In this document: positions 17,385 through 27,144 of the stretch, in pieces
Layout of the letters: every line of letters starts with the position of its first letter
How positions within the stretch are numbered: the stretch's first letter is position 1
Source: Clostridia bacterium
GTDB taxonomy: Bacteria > Bacillota > DULZ01
Direction of reading: 5' to 3'
Assembly: GCA_012840125.1 (NCBI GenBank)
Contig: DULZ01000092.1
Coordinates: 38,284-102,283, forward strand
Length of the DNA stretch: 64,000 nucleotides
Notes under the pieces: generated by a model
Seen by the model: only the letters and a program-made list of their open reading frames with translations
Databases searched by the model: none
Told to the model about the DNA's origin: nothing
Translations under genes and position numbers: made by a program

Positions 17385-17957
17385 ATGCGGATCATTGCAG
17401 GAAAAAGGAAAGGGTTGCTGCTCCAGGCACCAAAAGGATATGATACCAGACCGACTATTGACCGGGTCAAAGAAGCCATGTTTAACGTTATTCAAGGCTA
17501 TGAGCAGGATGCCCATGTTTTGGATCTTTTCGCCGGGACCGGAGCCCTCGGTCTCGAGGCATTAAGCCGGGGAGCTAGGCTGGCTGTTTTTGTGGAGAAA
17601 CATCCGCCGGCTTGGCGGGTTTTGTCGGCCAACATTGCTAAAGCCGGTTTTCAAGATCAAGCTGTCGTGATTAAAGGTGATGCTTTAGTTTTCCTCCGGC
17701 AATACGAAGGTATGCCTTTCGATTTGATTTTTATCGATCCCCCCTACGGCAGCGATCTGGTGGTCCAGGTGTTAACCTCCATCTGCCGGAGAGGATTGCT
17801 GGCCCCTGGCGGGCTGGTGGTTTTGGAAACGGGAGTTAAGTACGGGCCTGTTCCGGCAGTACCCGGTTTACAATTACTAAAAGAGAAGATATACGGCGAT
17901 ACCATGCTTTTATTTTTTGAGCCTGCAAAGGAGGAAGAAGGTCATGGACGTATTTGA
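17385..17957 (+). CDS. rsmD: 16S rRNA (guanine966-N2)-methyltransferase RsmD
   Basis: A 190-aa protein with the DPPY motif and N-terminus MRIIAG-KG, typical of RsmD (YlbH). Confidence 0.85.
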   Translation: MRIIAGKRKGLLLQAPKGYDTRPTIDRVKEAMFNVIQGYEQDAHVLDLFAGTGALGLEALSRGARLAVFVEKHPPAWRVLSANIAKAGFQDQAVVIKGDALVFLRQYEGMPFDLIFIDPPYGSDLVVQVLTSICRRGLLAPGGLVVLETGVKYGPVPAVPGLQLLKEKIYGDTMLLFFEPAKEEEGHGRI

Positions 17958-18402
17958 AATGCTCGATGAGTTGGAAGACATCATCGAAAGCGGTGCCAGG
18001 GTGCCCCTGACCGGCAAAGTGCTGGTGGATGCGGAAGAGGTTTTGGATTGCATCGATCAAATCCGCTCCGTATTGCCGGAAGAGATTCGGCAAGCCCGTT
18101 GGATTGCCAAGGAAAGAGAACGGGTGCTGGCCGATGCCAAGCAGGAAGCGGAAGAAACGCTGAAAAGAGCTCAAACCCAGATCGAACAAATGGCCCTCGA
18201 GAACGAAGTGGTTAAAATAGCGGAGCAAAAGGCCCAGGAGATTTTAGCCAGGGCCAAAGCCATTGAATTGGAGATGCGTGACGGAGCTACGGCTTATGCG
18301 GAGCAGATCTTGGAACAACTGGAGAACAATTTGAATAAGGCGCTGGAGAGCATTAGGGAAAGCAAATCTGAGCTCCAGGGCCTGAAAGCACAAGTAGGAT
18401 AA
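17947..18402 (+). CDS. hypothetical coiled-coil protein (occupies the position held by coaD in Bacillus)
   Basis: A ~151-aa protein. AAGGAGGAAG RBS 7 nt before ATG 17947, which overlaps the rsmD 3' end by 11 nt. The acidic N-terminal segment is followed by a long heptad-like region (EQKAQEILARAKAIELEMRD ...). Confidence 0.5.
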   Translation, partial: DVFEMLDELEDIIESGARVPLTGKVLVDAEEVLDCIDQIRSVLPEEIRQARWIAKERERVLADAKQEAEETLKRAQTQIEQMALENEVVKIAEQKAQEILARAKAIELEMRDGATAYAEQILEQLENNLNKALESIRESKSELQGLKAQVG

Positions 18403-18409
18403 ATACCGG

Positions 18410-19603
18410 TTAGGTTCGGATGCTGCGCCGTAAAACCGCCATTAGGCTCATGCAAGACAGGAGCCCCAGGATGGCGGCCATCGTCTTGACACTCTGCAGT
18501 ACCAGGGTCCAGGCAGAAGGGGGCCGGACCTGGATGACTTCCAAGCTCAGGAAGGGCAGCACCGAAAGCCCGGCGATGAAAGTAATTATCCCCGAGAGGC
18601 AGGCTTGCAATCCCCTGGCTAAGAAGTAAGGACCGAAAGGGATCCCGGCTTCGCTGGTAAATGCGGCTACCTGGGCGTGGACCGCCACCCCCGCCCATCC
18701 CAAGAGGAGACTGGTACATACCAGCTGCTGCAGGAAGGGAGCATTGCTTTCGGAGACCATTTTGATCCCGATGGTCATTTCCAATAAACCGCTGGCGAGG
18801 GGTACGAGGAGGTCCGGGGCAAACCCCAGGGGAATGAGAAAATAACCGATGGCAGCCCCGGCGATTTTGACGAACCCCAGCAGGGTCAAAATTTCAATCA
18901 GCACCGAGAAAACAATGATAAAGCCACCAACGACCAGGATATTCTGCATGGCTTTCTTGGTGGCATCGCCTAACAGGTGCCCAAAGGGTTTGTGGTTCGC
19001 CTGCCGGGCTTTCTCCATATGGCTGACCGCCAGCCGGAACAAGGTCCGGAGCGGGTACCCGGCCGCGGGTGCAGTTTTTGGTGGGGAAAGATATTTTAAG
19101 AAAACCCCGGTGATGATGTTGGCGCTGTAGTGGCTTAGGGCCAGCAGCCAGCCTACTTGGGGTAGGTGCAAAAACCCCACCGCCACGGAACTCAACATGA
19201 ACAAGGGAGACGCGTTGTTGGTAAAGGCCACCAAGCGGGCGGCTTCTTCCCGGTCGATTAAGTTCTGCCTGTGGAGCTGGGACGTGAGAATGCCCCCGAT
19301 GGGAGCTCCGGAGGTATAACCGGCGGCTACTACCAGGGCCCCGGCGCCTGGGACGTTAAAAAGGGGCCGCATCACCGGTTCTAAGAAAATGCTGAGGAAA
19401 TGGACCACGCCCAATTGGATCATCAGTTCGGAAATGACGAAAAAAGGGAACAGTCCCGGAAATACAACTTGCCACCAGGTATCGATCCCTCGCTTGGCCG
19501 CCGGGAAAATCTGCTGGGGATGGAGCATCATGATGGCGGCCAGGCACAGGAGCAGGGTGAGGCGGAGTAATGATGTCCAGCCTTGCTTAGGGAGAAGATG
19601 CAT
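18410..19603 (-). CDS. ylbJ: sporulation integral membrane protein YlbJ (nucleoside-recognition/spore-maturation membrane family)
   Basis: A ~397-aa polytopic membrane protein. Its position and orientation relative to rsmD and the patatin gene are as for B. subtilis ylbJ. GGAGG RBS before ATG 19603. Confidence 0.7.
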   Translation of the reverse strand: MHLLPKQGWTSLLRLTLLLCLAAIMMLHPQQIFPAAKRGIDTWWQVVFPGLFPFFVISELMIQLGVVHFLSIFLEPVMRPLFNVPGAGALVVAAGYTSGAPIGGILTSQLHRQNLIDREEAARLVAFTNNASPLFMLSSVAVGFLHLPQVGWLLALSHYSANIITGVFLKYLSPPKTAPAAGYPLRTLFRLAVSHMEKARQANHKPFGHLLGDATKKAMQNILVVGGFIIVFSVLIEILTLLGFVKIAGAAIGYFLIPLGFAPDLLVPLASGLLEMTIGIKMVSESNAPFLQQLVCTSLLLGWAGVAVHAQVAAFTSEAGIPFGPYFLARGLQACLSGIITFIAGLSVLPFLSLEVIQVRPPSAWTLVLQSVKTMAAILGLLSCMSLMAVLRRSIRT

Positions 19604-19609
19604 ATCCGG

Positions 19610-19637
19610 TTGACCTCCAGGCATGTTCTTTTATAAT
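19610..19637 (+). promoter_or_regulatory. sigma-A-type promoter (TTGACC - 16 nt - TATAAT) for the patatin gene, back-to-back with the ylbJ 5' end
   Basis: Hexamers read directly from the sequence. Confidence 0.45.
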
Positions 19638-19699
19638 CTATTACTGGTATGATGGTTTCTAGCACCAGTTTCAGGGGAAAACTTTAAGGAGGCAAGGTT

Positions 19700-20533
19700 A
19701 TGAACAAGACCCCGACAGTGGGGTTGGTTTTGGGAGCCGGTGCGGCCAAAGGTTTTGCTCATTTAGGGGTACTGAAAGTGTTGGAGGAGGAAAATATTCC
19801 TTTTGATCTAATCGTGGGCTGCAGCATGGGGAGTGTCTTCGGCGCTTTGTACGGTGCAGGAGTGGATTTGCACTTGCTGGAAAAGATGCTGGAGCACCTG
19901 CCCCAGAAACAACTGTTTGACCTAGCCGTGCCTAAAATGGGTTTGATCCGGGGACATCGCTTGGAAACACTGCTGCGCTTGTTGACGAAAGACAAGGACT
20001 TTTCCGAGCTGGACATCCCTGTTTATGTAGTAGCGGTGGACATTGAAAAAGGAGAAAAAGTAGTTATCAATGAAGGCTCGGTGGCCGAAGCGGTCAGGGG
20101 CAGCATTGCCATTCCCGGTGTTTTTGCCCCCAAGCGCTGGCGCGATAGGCTGCTGGTGGACGGGGCCGTTTTGGAGCGCGTTCCGGTGGGCGTAGCCCGG
20201 AAATGCGGTGCTGACATTGTCATTGCCGTTGATGTTAAATTTGGAGGTGATACCCGGAGGGAATTCAAGATTACCAATATTTTCGAGGTTTTCTTGCATT
20301 CCATTGAGCTCATGGAGCGGGAGGTAGCCCGGCCCTATTTGGCGGAGGCGGATATATTGATCCAACCCGATTTAGCTCACATTGCCAGCTCTGAGTTCAG
20401 TCGCTTTAAGGAATGTATCGCTATCGGAGAAGCTGCGGCCAGGAGGGCTGTTCCTCAAATCAAACAGCTCCTGACTGAATGTGGTATTGACTGCAGCAAT
20501 GGGTTGTCCCAAAGAAAGCAAAGGAGGACGTAA
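19700..20533 (+). CDS. patatin-like phospholipase (YlbK-like)
   Basis: GxGxxG ([11 protein letters not shown]), the GCSMG nucleophile elbow and a DGA catalytic Asp. Confidence 0.85.
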   Translation: MNKTPTVGLVLGAGAAKGFAHLGVLKVLEEENIPFDLIVGCSMGSVFGALYGAGVDLHLLEKMLEHLPQKQLFDLAVPKMGLIRGHRLETLLRLLTKDKDFSELDIPVYVVAVDIEKGEKVVINEGSVAEAVRGSIAIPGVFAPKRWRDRLLVDGAVLERVPVGVARKCGADIVIAVDVKFGGDTRREFKITNIFEVFLHSIELMEREVARPYLAEADILIQPDLAHIASSEFSRFKECIAIGEAAARRAVPQIKQLLTECGIDCSNGLSQRKQRRT

Positions 20534-20538
20534 TAACA

Positions 20539-21750
20539 ATGAAGATTTTAGTATTGAATTGCGGGAGCTCTTCCGTGAAGTATCAATTGTTTGACCTGGA
20601 GCAGGAGGCTGTGATTGCCAAGGGCTTGGTGGAAAGGATCGGCTTGGCGCAAGCGGTTCTGAATCACCAGCCTCAGGGCAGGGACAAAATGGTCTTTCAA
20701 GAGGAGATTCCCGATCACAGCACCGCCATTAAACTGGTGTTGGATGCCCTGGTCCACCCGGAATATGGTGTCCTGGCAAGTATTGACGAGATAGAAGCCG
20801 TCGGGCACCGGACCGTGCACGGCGGCAGTGAGTTTGCCCAGTCGGTATTGATCGACGATGAAATCATGGCCACTTTGAAGCGGTTGTATGATTTGGCACC
20901 TTTACATAATCCCCCCGCCGTTAAAGGCATCGAGGCCTGCCAGCGGATTTTGCCCACCGTGCCCCAGGTAGCTGTCTTTGATACCGCTTTCCATCAAACC
21001 ATGCCCCCGCATGCTTATCTATACAGCTTGCCATATGAGCTTTATGAAAAATACGGCATCCGCCGTTATGGTTTCCATGGGACTTCTCACAAGTATGTGG
21101 CCCGGAAAGGTGCCGAGTTCCTCGGACGTTCCGTGGACGAACTCAAGATCGTTACCTGCCATCTGGGTAACGGTGCTTCCGTGACGGCCATCGACCGGGG
21201 CAAATCCATTGACACCAGCATGGGCTTTACTCCTTTGGAAGGGTTAACCATGGGTACCCGTTGCGGCGATATGGACCCGGCCATCGTCACCTTTTTGATG
21301 GAAAAGGAGAAACTAAGCAGTAGCGGGCTCAATGAACTCATGAACAAGAAAAGCGGCGTGCTGGGAATTTCCGGGGTTTCCAGTGACTTCAGAGATTTGG
21401 AACAAGCCGCCGGGCAAGGACATGAAAGAGCTAAACTGGCACTGGACCGGTTTGCCTACGTAGTCAAGAAATACATCGGTGCTTATATGGCCGCTTTGGG
21501 TGGATTGGACCTGCTGGTTTTCACCGCCGGTTTAGGAGAAAACTCCGCCACCATGAGAGCAGCGATCTGTCAAGGCCTGGAGTGTTTCGGCATTGTCATC
21601 GATGAGGAAAAAAACCAAGTTCGGGGCCAAATAGCGGAGATTTCCCATGAGACGTCCCGGGTGAAGGTGCTGGTGGTGCCTACCAATGAGGAGTTAATGA
21701 TTGCCCGGGAGACCCAAGAAATTGTCGAGCGGATTGACACTCGGGGATAG
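20539..21750 (+). CDS. ackA: acetate kinase
   Basis: A 403-aa protein with the N-terminus [16 protein letters not shown] and conserved AckA motifs (HRTVHGG, GFHGTSH). Confidence 0.95.
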   Translation: MKILVLNCGSSSVKYQLFDLEQEAVIAKGLVERIGLAQAVLNHQPQGRDKMVFQEEIPDHSTAIKLVLDALVHPEYGVLASIDEIEAVGHRTVHGGSEFAQSVLIDDEIMATLKRLYDLAPLHNPPAVKGIEACQRILPTVPQVAVFDTAFHQTMPPHAYLYSLPYELYEKYGIRRYGFHGTSHKYVARKGAEFLGRSVDELKIVTCHLGNGASVTAIDRGKSIDTSMGFTPLEGLTMGTRCGDMDPAIVTFLMEKEKLSSSGLNELMNKKSGVLGISGVSSDFRDLEQAAGQGHERAKLALDRFAYVVKKYIGAYMAALGGLDLLVFTAGLGENSATMRAAICQGLECFGIVIDEEKNQVRGQIAEISHETSRVKVLVVPTNEELMIARETQEIVERIDTRG

Positions 21751-21778
21751 GCTTTAGTATAATGAGATTTGGTGTTTT

Positions 21779-22321
21779 TTGTTTGTGGTGGTGAGGCATT
21801 TGCGCGTTGATGTGTCTGAAGTCAAAAGAGTTCCGGGCAAAACGCTGCAATTGGAGCTGTCGACGACATGGGAGCACCCTCTTCACTGGCAAGGGGAAGA
21901 GTTGCCGTTCACGGGACCCCTGTCCGTCCATTTGACCCTGGAGGGACAAAAAGGGGGCACTATTCTGGTGCGCGGGCGCCTGGCGTCGGCACTGGGGGTG
22001 GAATGCAGCCGTTGTTTGGAACCTTTTGATTATCCCCTGGAGGCGGACTTTGAGGGAGCCTTCTTTCCGGAAGGAAAGCGCACGGACCGGGATGAGGAAG
22101 AGTTTGCCGGTCAATTCTATGCAGGTGATACCATTGAGCTTGACGATTTGCTGCAGCAGAGTATTTACTTAATCCTGCCGATGCAGTTCCTGTGCTCCCC
22201 CGGTTGCCAGGGTTTGTGTCCTCACTGCGGGAGAAGGAAGGAAGAAGGCTGTCATTGCCAAAGTGAGCAAGTTGATCCCCGGTTGGAAGTACTGAAGCAG
22301 TTGTTGCAAGAGAAGAGTTGA
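21779..22321 (+). CDS. yceD: YceD/DUF177 family protein (23S rRNA accumulation protein)
   Basis: CxxC ... CxxC (CSRCLE ... CPHCG) DUF177 architecture, immediately upstream of rpmF as universally conserved. Confidence 0.8.
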   Translation: MFVVVRHLRVDVSEVKRVPGKTLQLELSTTWEHPLHWQGEELPFTGPLSVHLTLEGQKGGTILVRGRLASALGVECSRCLEPFDYPLEADFEGAFFPEGKRTDRDEEEFAGQFYAGDTIELDDLLQQSIYLILPMQFLCSPGCQGLCPHCGRRKEEGCHCQSEQVDPRLEVLKQLLQEKS

Positions 22322-22335
22322 AAGGAGGGGTTTGC

Positions 22336-22515
22336 ATGGGTGTACCAAAGCGGAGAGTATCCAAAGCGAGAAAAAACAAGCGCCGTTCCCAGTGGCTGAA
22401 GATTGGCATGCCGCATTTAACCGAATGTCCACAATGCCATGAACTGAAGCCCACTCATTCCCTGTGCCCGGCTTGTGGTTATTATAAAGGGAAGGCAGTC
22501 AATGCCGGTGAATAG
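22336..22515 (+). CDS. rpmF: 50S ribosomal protein L32
   Basis: A 59-aa protein, MGVPKRR-SK-R ... C-C-C-G-Y. AGGAGGGG RBS. Confidence 0.9.
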   Translation: MGVPKRRVSKARKNKRRSQWLKIGMPHLTECPQCHELKPTHSLCPACGYYKGKAVNAGE

Positions 22516-22615
22516 TGTGTATGTTAAAGCAAGGTCCCTGCACCTTGCTTTAATTTTTTTTGAAAAAAATGTTTGCAAATCACGGGTAGTTATAATATAC
22601 TCTAATAAGCTGATA

Positions 22616-22632
22616 TTAGCACCAGATACTAA
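22616..22632 (+). promoter_or_regulatory. FapR operator (17-bp inverted repeat TTAGCACCAGATACTAA) upstream of fapR (autoregulation)
   Basis: Matches the FapR box consensus TTAGTACC-n-GGTACTAA known from Bacillus fap regulon promoters. It lies 12 nt upstream of the fapR start. Confidence 0.6.
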
Positions 22633-22643
22633 AGGTGGTTATC

Positions 22644-23204
22644 ATGGAAGGCACTCCCCTGGATAAAGCTCAACGTCAGGAGCGGCTGCTGGCTTACCTC
22701 AAAGATAACCCGTTTGCTACGGATCGAGAGTTGGCCGAGTACTTTTCCGTTAGTGTCCAGACCATCCGCCTGGACCGGCTGGCTTTGGGTATTCCCCAGG
22801 TGCGGGAAAGAGTGAGCCAGGTGGCCAAGGAGGCCTATGCTCAGGTGAAATCCCTGGAGGCTAAAGAGGTGGTAGGGGAGCTCATTGATATTAGGCTCAA
22901 TCAAAGCGGTATCTCTATCTTAGATATCCAGGACGACAAGGTTTTGGAACGGAACCTGGTGGCCAGGGGTCATCACCTTTTCGCCCAGGCCAACTCACTG
23001 GCGGTGGCCATCATTGATGCTCCGGTGGTTTTAACAGGCAGTGCCAGGGTGCGTTATAAAAAGCCGGTCAAACTGGGAGACCGGGTGATTGCCAAAGCTA
23101 CGGTGAAAGTGCAACGTGGTAATACATATTTGGTTTCCGTTTATTCTTACGTGGGGAATGACATCGTATTCAAGGGGCAGTTTATCGTGACGGCCCCAAG
23201 ATAA
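22644..23204 (+). CDS. fapR: fatty acid and phospholipid biosynthesis regulator FapR
   Basis: An N-terminal DeoR-like HTH (RQERLLAYLKDNPFATDRELAEYFSVSVQTIRLDR) plus a C-terminal hot-dog thioesterase-like fold. It precedes plsX. Confidence 0.85.
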   Translation: MEGTPLDKAQRQERLLAYLKDNPFATDRELAEYFSVSVQTIRLDRLALGIPQVRERVSQVAKEAYAQVKSLEAKEVVGELIDIRLNQSGISILDIQDDKVLERNLVARGHHLFAQANSLAVAIIDAPVVLTGSARVRYKKPVKLGDRVIAKATVKVQRGNTYLVSVYSYVGNDIVFKGQFIVTAPR

Positions 23205-23207
23205 GGA

Positions 23208-24233
23208 GTGAAGGGAAAGTTGCGGATTGCGGTAGATGCCATGGGAGGGGATCATGCCCCACTGGAGATTGTTCAAGGAGCCGTGGCAGCAGCCCAGCGC
23301 TATAGTGATTGCACTGTCATATTGGTGGGCCGCGAAGAAGTTGTGGCAGAGGAACTGGCCAAGTACCCTCAACTTCCCAATATCAGGATTGTGCACGCTC
23401 CTGATTTGGTAGCCATGGATGAACAGCCGGCCATAGCCCTGCGCCGGAAAAAAGGCACCACTTCCATTGGGGTGGCTACCGAACTGGTGAAACAAGGGGA
23501 AGCGGATGCCCTGGTGTCAGCTGGCAGCACCGGTGCCCAGATGGCGGCGGCTTTGCTGATCTTGGGTAGGATTAAAGGCATCCAGCGGCCGGCCATTACC
23601 ACCCTTTTTCCTTCGTTAAACAAGCCTACCGTCCTGCTGGATGTGGGAGCCAATACTAATGTGGAAGCAGAACACTTGCTCCAGTTTGCCGTGATGGGCA
23701 GTATTTATGCGGAAAAGATCTTGGGTCGGCAAAACCCTTCGGTCGGTTTGTTGAATATAGGTACGGAACCGAATAAGGGTAATGACCAGGTGAAAGAAGC
23801 CTTCACCCTTTTGTCCCGGTCCTTTTTGAATTTTGCCGGCAATGTTGAGGCCAGGGATTTGCCCCAAGGTGTGGTGGATGTTTTAGTTTGTGACGGTTTT
23901 GTGGGCAATGTGGTCTTAAAACTGTCAGAAGGGCTAGGGACTACCATTTTTCAACTGCTGAAAGAAGAATTGACCGCCAACCTGCGCACCAAACTGGGAG
24001 CGGCCCTGGTGGCGCCGGGGCTGAAGCGATTAAGAAACATGATGGATTACGCCGAATACGGCGGGGCCCCTCTTTTGGGGGTCAAGGGTGTCAGCATTAT
24101 CTGTCACGGCAGTTCTAAAGCCCGCGCCATTACCAACGCGATTAGAGTGGCTATGGACTGTGTGCAAATCCGGATGGTAGAACAAATCGAAGCCAGTGTG
24201 GCGAGAATCGGTAAAGGAGAAGACCAGGCATGA
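23208..24233 (+). CDS. plsX: phosphate acyltransferase PlsX
   Basis: A 341-aa protein with N-terminus IAVDAMGGD-AP. Confidence 0.9.
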   Translation: MKGKLRIAVDAMGGDHAPLEIVQGAVAAAQRYSDCTVILVGREEVVAEELAKYPQLPNIRIVHAPDLVAMDEQPAIALRRKKGTTSIGVATELVKQGEADALVSAGSTGAQMAAALLILGRIKGIQRPAITTLFPSLNKPTVLLDVGANTNVEAEHLLQFAVMGSIYAEKILGRQNPSVGLLNIGTEPNKGNDQVKEAFTLLSRSFLNFAGNVEARDLPQGVVDVLVCDGFVGNVVLKLSEGLGTTIFQLLKEELTANLRTKLGAALVAPGLKRLRNMMDYAEYGGAPLLGVKGVSIICHGSSKARAITNAIRVAMDCVQIRMVEQIEASVARIGKGEDQA

Positions 24234-25228
24234 CCCAGCCTTTTCGAGCTGTGATCGCCGGGACGGGCAGCTACGTCCCCGAAAGAATTGTAACCAATGA
24301 TGATTTATCTCGCTTGGTGGACACCAGCGATGAGTGGATCCGGACGAGGACGGGAATCAGGGAAAGAAGAGTCTTGGCAGACGAACAAGCTACTTCTGAT
24401 ATGTGCCTGGAAGCGGCGCGGCAGGCGCTGGTGGACGCCCGGGTCAGCCCGGAGGAAATTGACCTGATCATCGTGGCGACGGTGACGCCGGACATGCTTT
24501 TTCCTTCCACGGCTTGCCTGGTGCAGGAGAAATTGGGTGCCGTCAACGCTGCTGCCTTTGACTTGTCCGCCGGTTGTACGGGATTTATTTACGGCCTGGC
24601 TACCGGAAGCCAATTTTTGGAGACAGGGCTCTATCGCACAGCCCTGGTTATCGGAGCGGATGCTTTAAGCCGCATTGTGAACTGGTCTGATCGCAGTACC
24701 TGTGTCCTGTTCGGTGACGGGGCCGGTGCCGTCGTGCTGCAGGGGATTCCCGGAACCAACTATGGTATATTGGGCAGTTATTTGAAATCAGACGGTGGAG
24801 GCGCAGGTTTACTGTGCCTGCCCGGCGGCGGTTCCCGCCGGCCTCCCTCTCCCGCCAGCCTGGCAGCGGGGCTGCACTACCTGCACATGGAGGGAAAAGA
24901 GGTTTTCAAATTTGCCGTGAAAGCCATGGAAGACGCGACAACTCAGACCCTCCAGGTGTGCGGTTTAACGGAAAAGGATGTGGATTTCCTCATCCCGCAC
25001 CAGGCTAACATGCGGATTGTGGAAGCAGCCTTAAAGAGGCTGGAGCTGCCTAGAGAACGCGTCATCGTCAACTTGGATAAATACGGCAACATGTCCAGCG
25101 CTTCCGTCCCGGTAGCCATGGATGAAGCGGCTAGACTGGGGAGATTAAGGAGAGGAGACGTCTTGCTGCTGGTTGCTTTCGGGGCCGGGCTAACCTGGGG
25201 GGGAGTGGCCCTCAAATGGGCCAAGTAG
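24230..25228 (+). CDS. fabH: 3-oxoacyl-ACP synthase III
   Basis: A 332-aa protein with the active-site Cys in AAFDLSAGCTGF and His/Asn in HQAN ... GNMSSAS. Confidence 0.9.
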   Translation: MTQPFRAVIAGTGSYVPERIVTNDDLSRLVDTSDEWIRTRTGIRERRVLADEQATSDMCLEAARQALVDARVSPEEIDLIIVATVTPDMLFPSTACLVQEKLGAVNAAAFDLSAGCTGFIYGLATGSQFLETGLYRTALVIGADALSRIVNWSDRSTCVLFGDGAGAVVLQGIPGTNYGILGSYLKSDGGGAGLLCLPGGGSRRPPSPASLAAGLHYLHMEGKEVFKFAVKAMEDATTQTLQVCGLTEKDVDFLIPHQANMRIVEAALKRLELPRERVIVNLDKYGNMSSASVPVAMDEAARLGRLRRGDVLLLVAFGAGLTWGGVALKWAK

Positions 25229-25243
25229 AAAGGAGGGTGAGCT

Positions 25244-26197
25244 TTGGAAAGAATACTGCACACTGAGTTGTGTGACCTGCTGGGGATTGATTATCCCATC
25301 TTTCAGGGAGGGATGGCCTGGGTGGCTACCGGCGAACTGGCCGGGGCCGTATCACAAGCCGGAGGTCTCGGCATTATCGGCGCCGGCAATGCACCCCCGG
25401 AATGGGTGCGGCAGGAGATCCGCAAAGTCAAAGCCGTCACTGAAAAACCTTTTGGGGTGAATGTCTACTACATGTCACCGTATGTGGAAGAGGTCATCCG
25501 AGTGATTATAGAGGAACGGGTGCCCGTCATCACGACGGGTGCCGGTAATCCCGGCAAGCACATGGCTTTGCTAAAGCAGCATTCCGTGAAGGTGTTCCCG
25601 GTGGTATCTTCGGTAGCCCTGGCCAAAAGGCTGGTCCGGGCGGGAGCCGACGGGTTGATTGCCGAAGGCATGGAATGCGGTGGGCATGTAGGAGAGTTAA
25701 CTACCATGGCGCTGGTTCCCCAGATCGTGGATGCCGTGGAGGTGCCGGTCATTGCCGCCGGCGGTATTGCCGACGGCCGGGGCCTGGTGGCCGCCCTGGC
25801 TTTAGGTGCCAAAGGTGTGCAGTTGGGAACCCGCTTTGTTTGTGCCACCGAATGTACTGTTCACCCCAATTATAAACAAGCGATTATGGATGCCAAGGAC
25901 CGGGACACGGTCTTGACCGGCTTGCCGGGCCATGAAGTCCGGGTATTGAAAAACAAATTGACCAGAGAATTCATCAAACTGAGAAATGAGCAGGCGTCCC
26001 TGGCCCAGTTCGAGGAGTTGGGTCGAGGTCGCTTGAAACTGGCGGCTGTGGACGGGGATGTGGAAATGGGTTCCGTAATGGCGGGGCAAATCAGCGCCCT
26101 GGTGCAACGGGAAGAACCGGCGGAAGCCATCATCCGGGATCTGGTCCAGGGGGCCGTGCAGGTGCTCAAGGAACTGAGAAACTTTCCGATAGGTTAG
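25244..26197 (+). CDS. fabK: enoyl-ACP reductase II FabK (FMN-dependent, nitronate monooxygenase family)
   Basis: A 317-aa NPD/FabK-type TIM barrel (IFQGGMAWV, GGLGIIGAG, EGMECGGH). It sits inside the fab operon between fabH and fabD. Confidence 0.8.
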   Translation: MERILHTELCDLLGIDYPIFQGGMAWVATGELAGAVSQAGGLGIIGAGNAPPEWVRQEIRKVKAVTEKPFGVNVYYMSPYVEEVIRVIIEERVPVITTGAGNPGKHMALLKQHSVKVFPVVSSVALAKRLVRAGADGLIAEGMECGGHVGELTTMALVPQIVDAVEVPVIAAGGIADGRGLVAALALGAKGVQLGTRFVCATECTVHPNYKQAIMDAKDRDTVLTGLPGHEVRVLKNKLTREFIKLRNEQASLAQFEELGRGRLKLAAVDGDVEMGSVMAGQISALVQREEPAEAIIRDLVQGAVQVLKELRNFPIG

Positions 26198-26205
26198 GTG
26201 AGAAG

Positions 26206-27144
26206 ATGCAGGGAAAAATTGCTTTTGTCTTCCCTGGGCAGGGATCCCAGTATCCGGGGATGGGACGGGAGCTTTATGAGAATTATCTTGCGGCCAGGCG
26301 GGTGTTTGAGGAAGCCGATGCCGTTGCTCCCCTGTCCCGGCTGTGTTTTGCAGGTTCCGAGGAGGAACTGCGCCAAACCGTCAATACCCAACCCGCGGTT
26401 TTAACGGCCAGTGTGGCTGCTTACCGGGTGCTGCAGTCTTTCGGCATCAAAGCGGATTTTGCGGCCGGCCATAGTTTAGGTGAGTATGCGGCTCTGGTGG
26501 CTGCCGGTGTATTGCGTTTTAAGGATGCGCTGCAAATCGTCATCACCAGGAGCCGGCTCATGGAACAAGCTGTGCCGCAAGGCACCGGGGGCATGGCTGC
26601 CGTGCTGGGACTGGGTGCCGAGGCCGTTACTGAGGTTTGCCGGGAAGCATCACAAAAGTCCCCGGTAGAGCCGGCCAATTTCAACTGCCCCGGGCAAGTG
26701 GTGATTGCGGGGTACATAGACGGGGTCAACGCGGCCATGGAATTGGCCAAGGCACGGGGTGCCAAACGGGTTATTCCTCTAAATGTGAGCGGCCCTTTTC
26801 ATTCCAGTTTGATGGAACCCGCCGGGCGTAAGTTGCAAGAGGAACTGTCGAAATTCAGTTTCCATACCCCGGAGATTCCGGTAGTGGCCAACGTCTCCGC
26901 TGCCATTGCAGGTGATCCGGAGACCATTCGCTTCAACTTGGCCCAGCAGGTGTACCGCCCCGTGCGCTGGGAAGAGAGTGTGCGTTTCCTGTACCGGCAA
27001 GGTGTCAGGATCTTTATCGAAGTCGGGCCGGGAAAGGTGCTCACCGGTCTCATCAAGAAAACATTAAAAGACGTTTTGCTGCTCAATGTGGAAGATGAAG
27101 CGAGCCTACAATTAACCTTACAGGAACTTAAGGAGGTAGGTTGA
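26206..27144 (+). CDS. fabD: malonyl CoA-ACP transacylase
   Basis: GHSLGE active site, FPGQGSQ N-terminus. Confidence 0.9.
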   Translation: MQGKIAFVFPGQGSQYPGMGRELYENYLAARRVFEEADAVAPLSRLCFAGSEEELRQTVNTQPAVLTASVAAYRVLQSFGIKADFAAGHSLGEYAALVAAGVLRFKDALQIVITRSRLMEQAVPQGTGGMAAVLGLGAEAVTEVCREASQKSPVEPANFNCPGQVVIAGYIDGVNAAMELAKARGAKRVIPLNVSGPFHSSLMEPAGRKLQEELSKFSFHTPEIPVVANVSAAIAGDPETIRFNLAQQVYRPVRWEESVRFLYRQGVRIFIEVGPGKVLTGLIKKTLKDVLLLNVEDEASLQLTLQELKEVG

